NCBI GenBank assembly: GCA_036918135.1
Contig: JBALDB010000039.1
Span: 64,001 to 128,000 of the forward strand
Reading direction: 5' to 3'
Source: Nostoc sp.
Lineage (GTDB): Bacteria > Cyanobacteriota > Cyanobacteriia > Cyanobacteriales > Nostocaceae
Length of the DNA: 64,000 bases
The position numbers and the translations under genes were made by a program. Below are positions 10,363-18,907 of the stretch, one piece after another (position 1 is the stretch's first letter; the number at the start of each line of letters is the position of its first letter). Below the pieces are notes generated by a model. The model was not told where the DNA came from. It saw only the letters and a program-made list of their open reading frames with translations, and ran no database searches.

Positions 10363-12195
10363 CTACTCAATTTTAAAGTTGAAAGGCAAGCGAGCATAAA
10401 TTCCCTGTGGATCGTTCATTTTTTGCAGAATAACGATTTCTTGTTGGAGTTTTTGGAATTGGGCTGTGAGGGGGTTAGAAGGTTTGAGTTGGGTTTGCTC
10501 AATTCCTAAAGTAGTTTGTACCTCTTGGGTTGCTCGCCCAAAAAAGCGTTCTCCAAAGCTGCTAAAACGGGGATATTCTTGTAATTCCCAATCTTCTCCT
10601 AATTTTGCTTCGTTGGCAGCATAGGCGATCGCAGCCTTTAAACCACCAATTTCATCCACTAAACCAATTTCCTTGGCTGCTACACCCGACCAAACCCGTC
10701 CTTGGGCGATTTCTGCTACTCTTTGTTCTGAGAGTTTGCGACCTTGAGAAACTTTATTGAGAAACATATCATAAATCCGATTAACGCTGCGCTGGTAAAG
10801 CGCCAACTCTTGGGGCGATTTCGGGCGAGAAACTGTTTGAGAATCAGCATAGCGCCCGGTTTTCACTGAATCCCAGGTGATGCCATTATCTTTTGCTAGC
10901 TTTTCCCCATTAAATAGGACGCCAAACACCCCAATTGAACCTGTGATTGTATTTGGTTCGGCAAAAATCCGGTTAGAGTCGCTAGCAATCCAGTAACCAC
11001 CAGAGGCAGCAGTATCGCCCATTGATACTACAACTGGTTTCTGTTGGCGAGTTAATTTCACTTCTCGCTGCATGACTTCGGCTGCCGTGGCACTACCACC
11101 AGGGCTATTAATTCGCAGCACAACTGCCTTGACATCTTTATCTTGTCGCAGTCTGTTAAAGATTTTCGCAAAGCGATCGCCTCCTATTTCTCCGTCTTCA
11201 CCTCTACCATCGACAATCTCACCTTCAGCATAAACAACGGCAATTTTATTTCTTGAGTCGCGTTCTACACCCAAAGATTTACCAGAAATTTGTGCGTAAT
11301 CATTCAGGTCAATTTGGCGGAATGTTTTGTCTTTATCGCTATCTGTGAGCTTTTTCAGGTCACTCACCACTTCATCGGGGTATGCTACTCGGTCTACCAA
11401 ACCGCTAGTTTTTGCTTGTGTTGCTTCTAACAACGCCTGATTATCTGCGATCGCCTGTAACTGTTGTGGTTGAATTTTCCGACTTGTTCCCACAGCATTG
11501 CGCCACTCTCCCCAAACATCATCCAATAATTTCTGAGTTTGTTCGCGGTTTTCTGGACTCAACTTTGTCAGAATTAATGGTTCAACAGCTCCCTTAAATT
11601 TCCCTACCCGTACAACTTGAACCCCAATACCATACTTCTGCAATGCTCCGCTTAAGAACATCAGTTGTGAACTCAAACCGTTGACTTCCATCAATCCCAA
11701 GGGGTTAAGGATAATGGAATTTGCCGCTGAACTCAGATAATATTCCTTTTTACTCCAATTACTACCATAAGCAATAACCTCTTTCCCGCCAGCGCGGAAT
11801 TCCTCTAAGGCTTTGCGGATTTCTTTAAGAGAGGCATAGCCGACATCACTACCTTCCCTTGTGCGGCTTCCATCAAGATAGATACCCACAATTCGCGGAT
11901 CGCGCCGTGCCTTTTCTAAAGTTTCTACAACTTTGCGGAGTGTCATTCTTTGGTCATCTACACCTGAGAGTGCGCTTTGAAAGAATCCACTGGAATAAGG
12001 TTCGCCGTCAGTAATTTTCATCGACAAATCAAAAACTAGCACTGACTTATCTTTCACTTCTGGCCCAGTCTCTTTAGAGGAGGTAGCAGCCAACAGTAGT
12101 AAAAACAGCCCAGTAGTTCCCAGACCGCAGAAAATAATTAGTCCTAGTAAGCTGCCAACTAAACTGGCAAAAGTTTGTTTAATAAAATTATTCAT
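10363..12195 (-). CDS. sppA: signal peptide peptidase SppA (67K type)
   Basis: RINSPGGS, AASGGYW and TITGSIGVFG motifs; N-terminal TM helix. Confidence 0.97.
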   Translation of the reverse strand: MNNFIKQTFASLVGSLLGLIIFCGLGTTGLFLLLLAATSSKETGPEVKDKSVLVFDLSMKITDGEPYSSGFFQSALSGVDDQRMTLRKVVETLEKARRDPRIVGIYLDGSRTREGSDVGYASLKEIRKALEEFRAGGKEVIAYGSNWSKKEYYLSSAANSIILNPLGLMEVNGLSSQLMFLSGALQKYGIGVQVVRVGKFKGAVEPLILTKLSPENREQTQKLLDDVWGEWRNAVGTSRKIQPQQLQAIADNQALLEATQAKTSGLVDRVAYPDEVVSDLKKLTDSDKDKTFRQIDLNDYAQISGKSLGVERDSRNKIAVVYAEGEIVDGRGEDGEIGGDRFAKIFNRLRQDKDVKAVVLRINSPGGSATAAEVMQREVKLTRQQKPVVVSMGDTAASGGYWIASDSNRIFAEPNTITGSIGVFGVLFNGEKLAKDNGITWDSVKTGRYADSQTVSRPKSPQELALYQRSVNRIYDMFLNKVSQGRKLSEQRVAEIAQGRVWSGVAAKEIGLVDEIGGLKAAIAYAANEAKLGEDWELQEYPRFSSFGERFFGRATQEVQTTLGIEQTQLKPSNPLTAQFQKLQQEIVILQKMNDPQGIYARLPFNFKIE

Positions 12196-12936
12196 ATCTT
12201 GTAAATCTACTTTCTCACTGGTTTGTTCATTTTCTTATAAGTAACATTTAACTACCAGCTTGTCTTGTCCTGCGAGCAAAAATCAGCACATTCGGTATTC
12301 ACTAGGTAGTAGTAGCAGTAGTAACGCATAAGTGTTAAAACTTCATCCCCAATCCATAAGGCAACCTTGTCGAGTCTAATACCACTGCCGATAGCCCATA
12401 CGCGCGCTAATCCACCTGCAAATATTACTATTCAATAGGATTTAAGCAGTAAATCTCGAAGTTGGTCAAGCGATAGTGCGATCGCACTTTATATTTTTAG
12501 GCATTATAAAATAGTGTTTACTGAGTACAGCTATCTTTAAGGGATTCGTTTCACCCATGAATCAAGACATTTTTAACCAATATTCATCAAAGAATTGGAC
12601 AGGAATTTATATTATATTCTGAATTATAATTGATAAAATTTAATAATTAAATAATATTTTATTGGGAAATTTATTCTTCAAACTAAAAATAATCGGCTCA
12701 AAAAAACCTATTTAATGTATCAATCTTAATCATAATTTAGGAATAAAATGTCTGAATATCTAATCGTTAAGCAGCTAACTCCAGAGCAACTAAATAAATC
12801 GATTAAATATTTTCATACTGATGAATTTATGGTATTTCACAATATGTTGATACTCGAACACTGGAGCTATTAAGAAATGATTTAGATGAAACTCTCAACC
12901 CCTGCTCCCTCATCTCACTCTCTACTCCCTTAATTA

Positions 12937-13953
12937 ATGAAAAGACTATTTCAGACAATTTTCAGTGAATACCGTGTAGTTTGGGCTGTTTTACTGTTAG
13001 GTGTAGGATTAGCGTTCACAGTAGCGCTGTCACTTTCCCAAGGAGCAGTACCTTTGAGTATGTCTGAGTTTTGGCAAGCCATTCTTCAACAAGGCGATCC
13101 GGTCAAACACACAATTGTTTGGGATTTGCGTCTCCCCCGGATTTGTGCCGCTCTGATCGTTGGTGCAGCTTTGGGGATGTCAGGAGCTCTGTTGCAAGGA
13201 ATGTTACGCAATAGTCTTGCCGATCCTTTTATTCTTGGCATTTCTGCGGGTGCAGGATTAATTGTGATTTTAACAATCGTCTGGCATATATTTCCGATCG
13301 CCATTCCTTTAGCGGCGTGGATAGGTGCAATCTTAACTTCGGCGATCGTCATTTTACTCGGTCGTGCGGGGTCGGGAATTTCAGTTGAGCGGTTGATATT
13401 AGGCGGCGTGGCAGTGAGTTCTTTATTCGGTGCTGTGCAAAGTACCTTGCTGCTTTTAGCTGAAGACGGCCAAATACAAATTGCGCTCAGTTGGTTAATT
13501 GGTAGCCTCAACGGACGGGGTTGGCAAGAAATTTCTACTGCAAGTCCTTACATCATAGTTGCATTGATCGGGGGATGCTTGCTAGCGCGATCGGTAAACG
13601 TCTTGGCTTTGGGAGATGATTTGGCTGTGGGATTGGGGCTTTCATTAACGCGATCGCGCCTATTAATTGGTGGTGTCGCCACATTATTAGCCGCAGGTGC
13701 AGTCAGTATCAGCGGCTTAATTGGATTTGTCGGCCTTGTCGTCCCTCACGCTGTCCGGCTGCTCGTTGGTACAGATCACCGCTTTGTTTTGCCACTTTCC
13801 GCCCTTGCAGGTGCATGGTTACTCACCTTTGCAGACTTACTCTCAAGATTAGGAGCAGTAGAACTACCAGTAGGTTCCGTTACCGCCTTACTCGGTTCGC
13901 CACTATTTATCTGGTTACTTTATCGTCGTTCTGCTGGGTTAAATAAATTCTGA
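12937..13953 (+). CDS. FecCD/BtuC-family iron-chelate/cobalamin ABC permease
   Basis: DLRLPR, RNSLADPFILGISAGA, LGDDLAVGLG and GLIGFVGLVVPH motifs. Confidence 0.93.
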   Translation: MKRLFQTIFSEYRVVWAVLLLGVGLAFTVALSLSQGAVPLSMSEFWQAILQQGDPVKHTIVWDLRLPRICAALIVGAALGMSGALLQGMLRNSLADPFILGISAGAGLIVILTIVWHIFPIAIPLAAWIGAILTSAIVILLGRAGSGISVERLILGGVAVSSLFGAVQSTLLLLAEDGQIQIALSWLIGSLNGRGWQEISTASPYIIVALIGGCLLARSVNVLALGDDLAVGLGLSLTRSRLLIGGVATLLAAGAVSISGLIGFVGLVVPHAVRLLVGTDHRFVLPLSALAGAWLLTFADLLSRLGAVELPVGSVTALLGSPLFIWLLYRRSAGLNKF

Positions 13954-13980
13954 TACAAATCACGTGGGTAGGGCGTGAAT

Positions 13981-16626
13981 TCAGACAAACCAGCGACGAA
14001 TTAACTCTACCTGGAAGCGATAGCCGTCCTCAACTTCCTCAATTAACTCACGTTGCAACAGCAATTTGAGTGTAATATCAGCATCAGCAAACTGTTGTAA
14101 TAAACTTTGGTGGCTAACTATAGCGCCTTCCCCTTGAGCGGCAATAAAACGTAGAATAGCTTGTCCAGTTGCGTCTACTTGGTTGTTTTGAATATCAGCA
14201 AAGAAGAAACCACCACTTTGCAAAGCTTCTGGTATCGCGGCTTCCACATCCGCTAAAGTTGCCAATCGCCGGATAGAAGGGTCTTGCTCGTTTTTAAGGA
14301 CAATAATTTCCGCGCAGAGTAGTTGTATTAAGAATGGATGACAACGAGTAAGTTGCATTACTCGCTCAACTGCATCGGGTTCATAGCGTAGAGTAAAATC
14401 TTTGACGGGACGTTCAATTAATTGTCGTGCTTCCGCTTCTTTGAGGTAAGAGATATGCACTACTTGGACATTAATGAGATAACTAGCCCAGTGCTGATAT
14501 TCTTCGATAGTATGGGAGCCAGCCAGTAATACCTTGAAGCGGGGACGGTGTTGGATGAGGTGACGCAGCATTCCTAAAACATCTTGTTCATCAAAGCGAC
14601 CTTTGGCTATAGTTTTGTCTAGCACCTCGAATTCATCTAGCGCTAGTAAGGCGGTATTTTGCTCTAGAGCCTGTTCTACTTTATCTAGCCATTCATAGAA
14701 ATAGGTGAAGGGATCAGGTTTTAGCACTTCGCGGGCTAGGGATGGTAGAGTTAAACCTTGCTTTTTCGCTGACTTCTCCATATCTCTGGCGAGGTTGTAG
14801 AGAAAACCTGTATGGTCACTAGCTGATGAAGGTGGGCCTTGCAAGTCTACAAACATGGGGATGATGTTATTAGGTAGTAACTTTCCGATGTTGTTGAGGA
14901 GGGAAGTTTTACCCATGCGTCGCTGACCATAGAGTAGCAGAGGTGGACGACGGCGATCTAAAAGTAAGTGCTCAATGCGTAAGCCAATATCATCACGCCC
15001 CGTGAAAATTTCTTGCTCTAGTATCAGCGGTATACCAATAATATAAGGGTTGTCAATTTCTTTGTTTTGTTCAACTTTAATAGCCAGTTCTTCTACATAT
15101 TTGTTGATTATCTCCAACCATATTTTAGCAAAAGGTAGAAAGAAAGGAGCATATTTATTATTACTACGATTGAAGTTGTCTAACTGTCCATTTAACTTTT
15201 CTGCTACAGCTTTAAGAGCTATACGCTGGTTGTAATTACTTCTTTGTTCTAAAGCTACATTTACATCCTGACTGATACGAGTAAAGATACATAGCACAGA
15301 ATTAATCGAGTTTCTTAATTCATTAATTTCTATAGTGCGATGAACCTGACGTATAGCTTCTACATCACAACACTTTCTTAAGCTCAGTGCATCTTTACAA
15401 ATTTGAACAGCCCAATTTTGGAAACTTTTATTGAGATAATCAATGGCAGCTTCACCCTCGCTTGGATTATGTTCTATGACTAAAAGTAAGTACTTATCTA
15501 AACCAGATAAAGGTATGTGCTGAAATGGATCCCAAAAGGCTGAATGATAGCGTAATGAACTTGAATACTCATCTATATTTCTTTCAATAAATTGATAAGG
15601 CAAACGTAATATGAACTCTATAAATGTCTCATCGTTGCGCCTTTGGTTAATTCGTTCAGAAAATATATTAGACAACTTTAATAAAATAGAAGACTGGTTG
15701 ATGCGGTTTTTCTCCAACCGATAAAGTGCTAAATTCCATAATTGGAGTGATGGGTATAAAACTATCGGTCGCCATAAATTGATAGTGATACTCAGAAAGA
15801 ACAGCACAGCAAAAGTAACACCATACGCAAAGTCTAACGCTACACCAAATCCTAGACCTCCTAGTATACCGTAGTACAAGCCTACTATTATTAGCGTATA
15901 AAAGTATTCATCATCAATTTTTTCTGCCATGCCAAACGCTACACTAAACGCTACACTAAACGCCACACCAAACGCCACACCAAACGTCATACCAAACGCC
16001 ACGCCTTCCACCATGCCAAACGCCATACTAAACGCCACGCCTTCCACTAGGGTTTCCATTACGCCTAGAGCCACGCCTAACCCCACGCTTAACGCTATGC
16101 CTTCCGCCACGCCTAAAGCCTCGCCTAAAGCCACGCCTAAAGCCACGCCAAATGCCACGCCAAATGCCACGCCAAATGCCACGCCTAACGCTACGCCAAA
16201 TACCACGCCAAATACTACGCCAAATGCCACGCCTAAAGCCACGCCTAAAGCCACGCCTAAAGCCACGCCTAAAGCCACGCCTAAAGCCATGCTGAATGCT
16301 AAACAACACCCTAAGCTTGAAGCCACAATAGACAAAATATTTGGTAATGGCTGACCTAATCCCCAAAGTATTAAACCAAGGATAAAATTAGCCCACAGAG
16401 GTATAATTAAATAACCTTGTAGCACTGGCTGCCATATAGATGGTTTGTTTAAGTCTGCTAAAGAGTTAATCTCATCTCCAATATGTTTTGTATGCTGATA
16501 CCAAGCTACAGGACGAAAAAATAACCAAAACAACAGTTGCAAACCACCTACGAGCAAATTAGAGTGTGGTTTAGGTGCGTGGGTGTAGATTTCAGCGTAA
16601 TTAGTGGGTGACTTTTGAGAAGGCAT
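13981..16626 (-). CDS. membrane-anchored STAND-like AAA ATPase with (GVAF/GVAL)n hydrophobic repeats
   Basis: N-terminal multi-TM region with a 12-bp tandem repeat; NPYIIG, Walker A GQRRMGKTS, Walker B LLALDEFE, HPFLIQL and a winged-helix-like tail. Confidence 0.85.
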   Translation of the reverse strand: MPSQKSPTNYAEIYTHAPKPHSNLLVGGLQLLFWLFFRPVAWYQHTKHIGDEINSLADLNKPSIWQPVLQGYLIIPLWANFILGLILWGLGQPLPNILSIVASSLGCCLAFSMALGVALGVALGVALGVALGVAFGVVFGVVFGVALGVAFGVAFGVAFGVALGVALGEALGVAEGIALSVGLGVALGVMETLVEGVAFSMAFGMVEGVAFGMTFGVAFGVAFSVAFSVAFGMAEKIDDEYFYTLIIVGLYYGILGGLGFGVALDFAYGVTFAVLFFLSITINLWRPIVLYPSLQLWNLALYRLEKNRINQSSILLKLSNIFSERINQRRNDETFIEFILRLPYQFIERNIDEYSSSLRYHSAFWDPFQHIPLSGLDKYLLLVIEHNPSEGEAAIDYLNKSFQNWAVQICKDALSLRKCCDVEAIRQVHRTIEINELRNSINSVLCIFTRISQDVNVALEQRSNYNQRIALKAVAEKLNGQLDNFNRSNNKYAPFFLPFAKIWLEIINKYVEELAIKVEQNKEIDNPYIIGIPLILEQEIFTGRDDIGLRIEHLLLDRRRPPLLLYGQRRMGKTSLLNNIGKLLPNNIIPMFVDLQGPPSSASDHTGFLYNLARDMEKSAKKQGLTLPSLAREVLKPDPFTYFYEWLDKVEQALEQNTALLALDEFEVLDKTIAKGRFDEQDVLGMLRHLIQHRPRFKVLLAGSHTIEEYQHWASYLINVQVVHISYLKEAEARQLIERPVKDFTLRYEPDAVERVMQLTRCHPFLIQLLCAEIIVLKNEQDPSIRRLATLADVEAAIPEALQSGGFFFADIQNNQVDATGQAILRFIAAQGEGAIVSHQSLLQQFADADITLKLLLQRELIEEVEDGYRFQVELIRRWFV
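15930..16290 (-). repeat. 12-bp coding tandem repeat (GCCACGCCWAAW) encoding GVAF/GVAL
   Basis: Direct repeats are visible in the DNA and in all reading frames. Confidence 0.9.
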
Positions 16627-16690
16627 AATTTGCCTAGTTAGGTTAATAGTAGAGATATTGAAGATATTATTGTCATTGCAAACGCAGTCA

Positions 16691-16902
16691 TTACAGCACC
16701 TCCCAATCTTCTATGGAACAGGCTCAATTAGTTCATGGTAATGAATAATTTTTCCTTGTAAAGGATAAAGGTTAAAGTCTGAAGCTTGGGAAGAACGTTC
16801 TAAGATTATAATTTCTACTGCTTCACCTGCTTGAAACAGTAAATCCTCAAGAATCAAGGTTCCGTTTTGAGTTAACTTTGTTTCAATTCGGTATGCTTTC
16901 AT
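16691..16902 (-). pseudogene. antitoxin-like small gene with a C-terminal frameshift; toxin partner absent
   Basis: MKAYRIETKLTQNGTLILEDL...YPLQGK. The family-typical tail IEDWEVL* is in another frame ending at 16691, followed by an overlapping taATG but no intact toxin ORF. Confidence 0.55.
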
Positions 16903-16916
16903 AGTTACTCTGCAAG

Positions 16917-18041
16917 TTATGAATCTAATAAATGAGTAAATGATTTGATTTGTCGTAAACCTTCCTCACGCCAATTATCATCATTCTCTCCTTCTTCTAA
17001 GTTAAATAATCTTTCTCTACACAGAATTTGTAACAACAGTGGCCAGCAGCAACTTTGTGTCAAAATCCACTTTACATCTTCGTCAGTGAAGGCAATCGGC
17101 GAACTCGCTATCAATTCTCGCGCTTCTGTCTCAGTTAATGCTCCCAGAGATGCGGTGTAGCCGAAAATATTGAAAAAGGGTGAACTGTGTCCTGTATTGT
17201 GTGCTAAATCAGTTGGTGATTCCGGGGTAGCTAAGATAAACGCGAGATTTCCGCCTGTGTGGTTAGTCGCCAAAGACCGCAAACATTCCCAAAAGCCATC
17301 ATCTAATTCTGGACAGCGTTGCAATCCAACGCCAATCTCATCCAATAAAATGACTGTGGGAGAATGCAAATTATCGCTGACTACATTCATAAAACGATCT
17401 AAATCGCAAGGTGTCGGCACTTGCATCTTCAGTGATTCTAGGATGTACTTTAGCAGTCCTTCTCGGCTTTGCATTCGTGCGTCTTGCAAGTCTACAAAAA
17501 TCCAACGGTAATTTTCTGGATGCGGTAGCCAGTCAGATTTTTGCTCAGGACGCAGATGTTCTGCTGGGGTGGTGGTGATATTTTTTAAGTAGTGCAGCAG
17601 GGATGTTTTACCAGTACGCTTTTTACCAATAATGGCGGCGTTTTGTAGGGGATGGCGTTTGAGTAAGTTGAAGAGGCGTTTTAATTCTTTCTCGCGCCCA
17701 AAAAAGTAACGCGGTTGGGTAATGGGTGCGCCAGTGATGAAGGGTGATGCTTCCTCGTTAGTTGGCTGAGGTTTAAGTGGAGAAATTTGAACTTTGTTTT
17801 CTGATTTTTGGGTTTGTGAAGCTAATTGCAATCTTGCTTCAATTTTATTAAGTTTAGCTTCCAGATTTGCTAATATAGCTTCTTCTTGTTGAGACTGCTG
17901 TTCTAGTTTTAACCGCTTTATTGTATCATCCTCAATTACCAGCCTTTCGTTTATCCGGCTGACTTTTTCATGCTGGATATTCCAGGCTTGTTGAAGTCCG
18001 TCTCGTTTCTTCTCTAATCTAAATTGTTGTTCTATACTCAA
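16917..18041 (-). CDS. STAND-like AAA ATPase with an N-terminal helical-hairpin (EAD9-like) domain
   Basis: SPFITGAPI, FFGREKEL, Walker A GKKRTGKTS, Walker B ILLDE, SPFFNIFG; about 70-aa coiled hairpin at the N-terminus. Start codon is TTG. Confidence 0.82.
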   Translation of the reverse strand: MSIEQQFRLEKKRDGLQQAWNIQHEKVSRINERLVIEDDTIKRLKLEQQSQQEEAILANLEAKLNKIEARLQLASQTQKSENKVQISPLKPQPTNEEASPFITGAPITQPRYFFGREKELKRLFNLLKRHPLQNAAIIGKKRTGKTSLLHYLKNITTTPAEHLRPEQKSDWLPHPENYRWIFVDLQDARMQSREGLLKYILESLKMQVPTPCDLDRFMNVVSDNLHSPTVILLDEIGVGLQRCPELDDGFWECLRSLATNHTGGNLAFILATPESPTDLAHNTGHSSPFFNIFGYTASLGALTETEARELIASSPIAFTDEDVKWILTQSCCWPLLLQILCRERLFNLEEGENDDNWREEGLRQIKSFTHLLDS

Positions 18042-18278
18042 GGTTCAAGGTAATTGAGGTTTTGGTTATTTGTATACAATTTCTCACTAATCTAGCCACA
18101 ATTTTTGGCTAAGTTCTACAAAATTGAGATAGTCAACAGGTTTGCCAGTGAGAAAGCTTTTGACTATGGATACAGAAAGCTCGATGTAAGTAGCTAAGGA
18201 CTCCTGGCTAAAATAGCCATTGCGTCCAAGTGCTGACTTGAGTTGATTAATATACGTAAAAATCAGTAAGGAGTTAGA
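18042..18278 (-). pseudogene. eroded XRE-like HTH domain formerly fused to the downstream ATPase
   Basis: Reads SNSLLIFTYINQLKSALGRNGYFSQESLATYIELSVSIVKSF / LTGKPVDYLNFVELSQKLWLD**EIVYK*PKPQLP*T, then continues in frame into the TTG at 18041. Confidence 0.7.
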
Positions 18279-18302
18279 ATCAATAATTTATAAGTTATTG
18301 TA

Positions 18303-18540
18303 AACGAGTCTTTGATACTCGTGAATGAGTCTTTAATACTCGTGAACGAGTCTTTAATACTCGTGAACGAGTCTTTGATACTCGCTGATGAGTCTTTGAT
18401 ACTCGCTGATGAGTCTTCGATACTCGCCGACGAGTCTTTGATACTCGCCAATGAGTCTTTGATACTCGCTGATGAGTCTTCGATACTCGTGAACGAGTCT
18501 TTAATACTCGCCGATGAGTCTTTGATACTCGTGAATGAGT
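18303..18540. repeat. 21-bp tandem array (11 units plus a partial), each unit palindromic
   Basis: Unit RAYGAGTCTTYRATACTCGYB with an internal (C)GAGT-N7-ACTC(G) inverted repeat; no unique spacers. Confidence 0.95.
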
Positions 18541-18869
18541 TTTTGAGGCTCATAGTTTTTTTAGCGAACCCCAAAGAACGCATAGATACGTTCGCGGAGC
18601 GTTCCCGCAGGGTAGAACGCAAAGAAGGAGAAGAAATAGATTTAAGTAGATAGATATAAATAAATATAGGATAGTTTGTCATTGCGTTTGCCCTTGGCGT
18701 TCCCGTAGGGTACGAAGTGAAGCAATTTCAGTGTTTGCAATTGCTACCCTGCGGGAAGGCTTCGCCTACATTCCACTGCGTTACCGCAATGACATTTTAT
18801 ATTTAATTTCCTACAACTACTTAAATTAAGCTTAGAAAAACGGTGCTTTAGCCAAAGACTAAAACTATT

Positions 18870-18897
18870 GTACAGACGCGATAAATCGCGTCTGTAC
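18870..18897. repeat. REP-like palindrome, possible terminator of the ssaD-ogdA transcript
   Basis: GTACAGACGCGAT-AA-ATCGCGTCTGTAC, a perfect 13-bp stem 10 bp downstream of the ogdA stop. Confidence 0.7.
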
Positions 18898-18907
18898 TCC
18901 TAACTTT

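Noticed and set aside
12500..12936. Cobalamin riboswitch upstream of the FecCD/BtuC permease
   Set aside because: No B12 box or GC-rich stems; the region is very AT-rich.
15929..16366. 141-aa (PNAT)n and 112-aa (GFRR)n ORFs
   Set aside because: Alternative frames of the 12-bp repeat inside the ATPase gene.
18303..18540. CRISPR array
   Set aside because: Units are contiguous 21-mers without unique spacers, and there are no cas genes.
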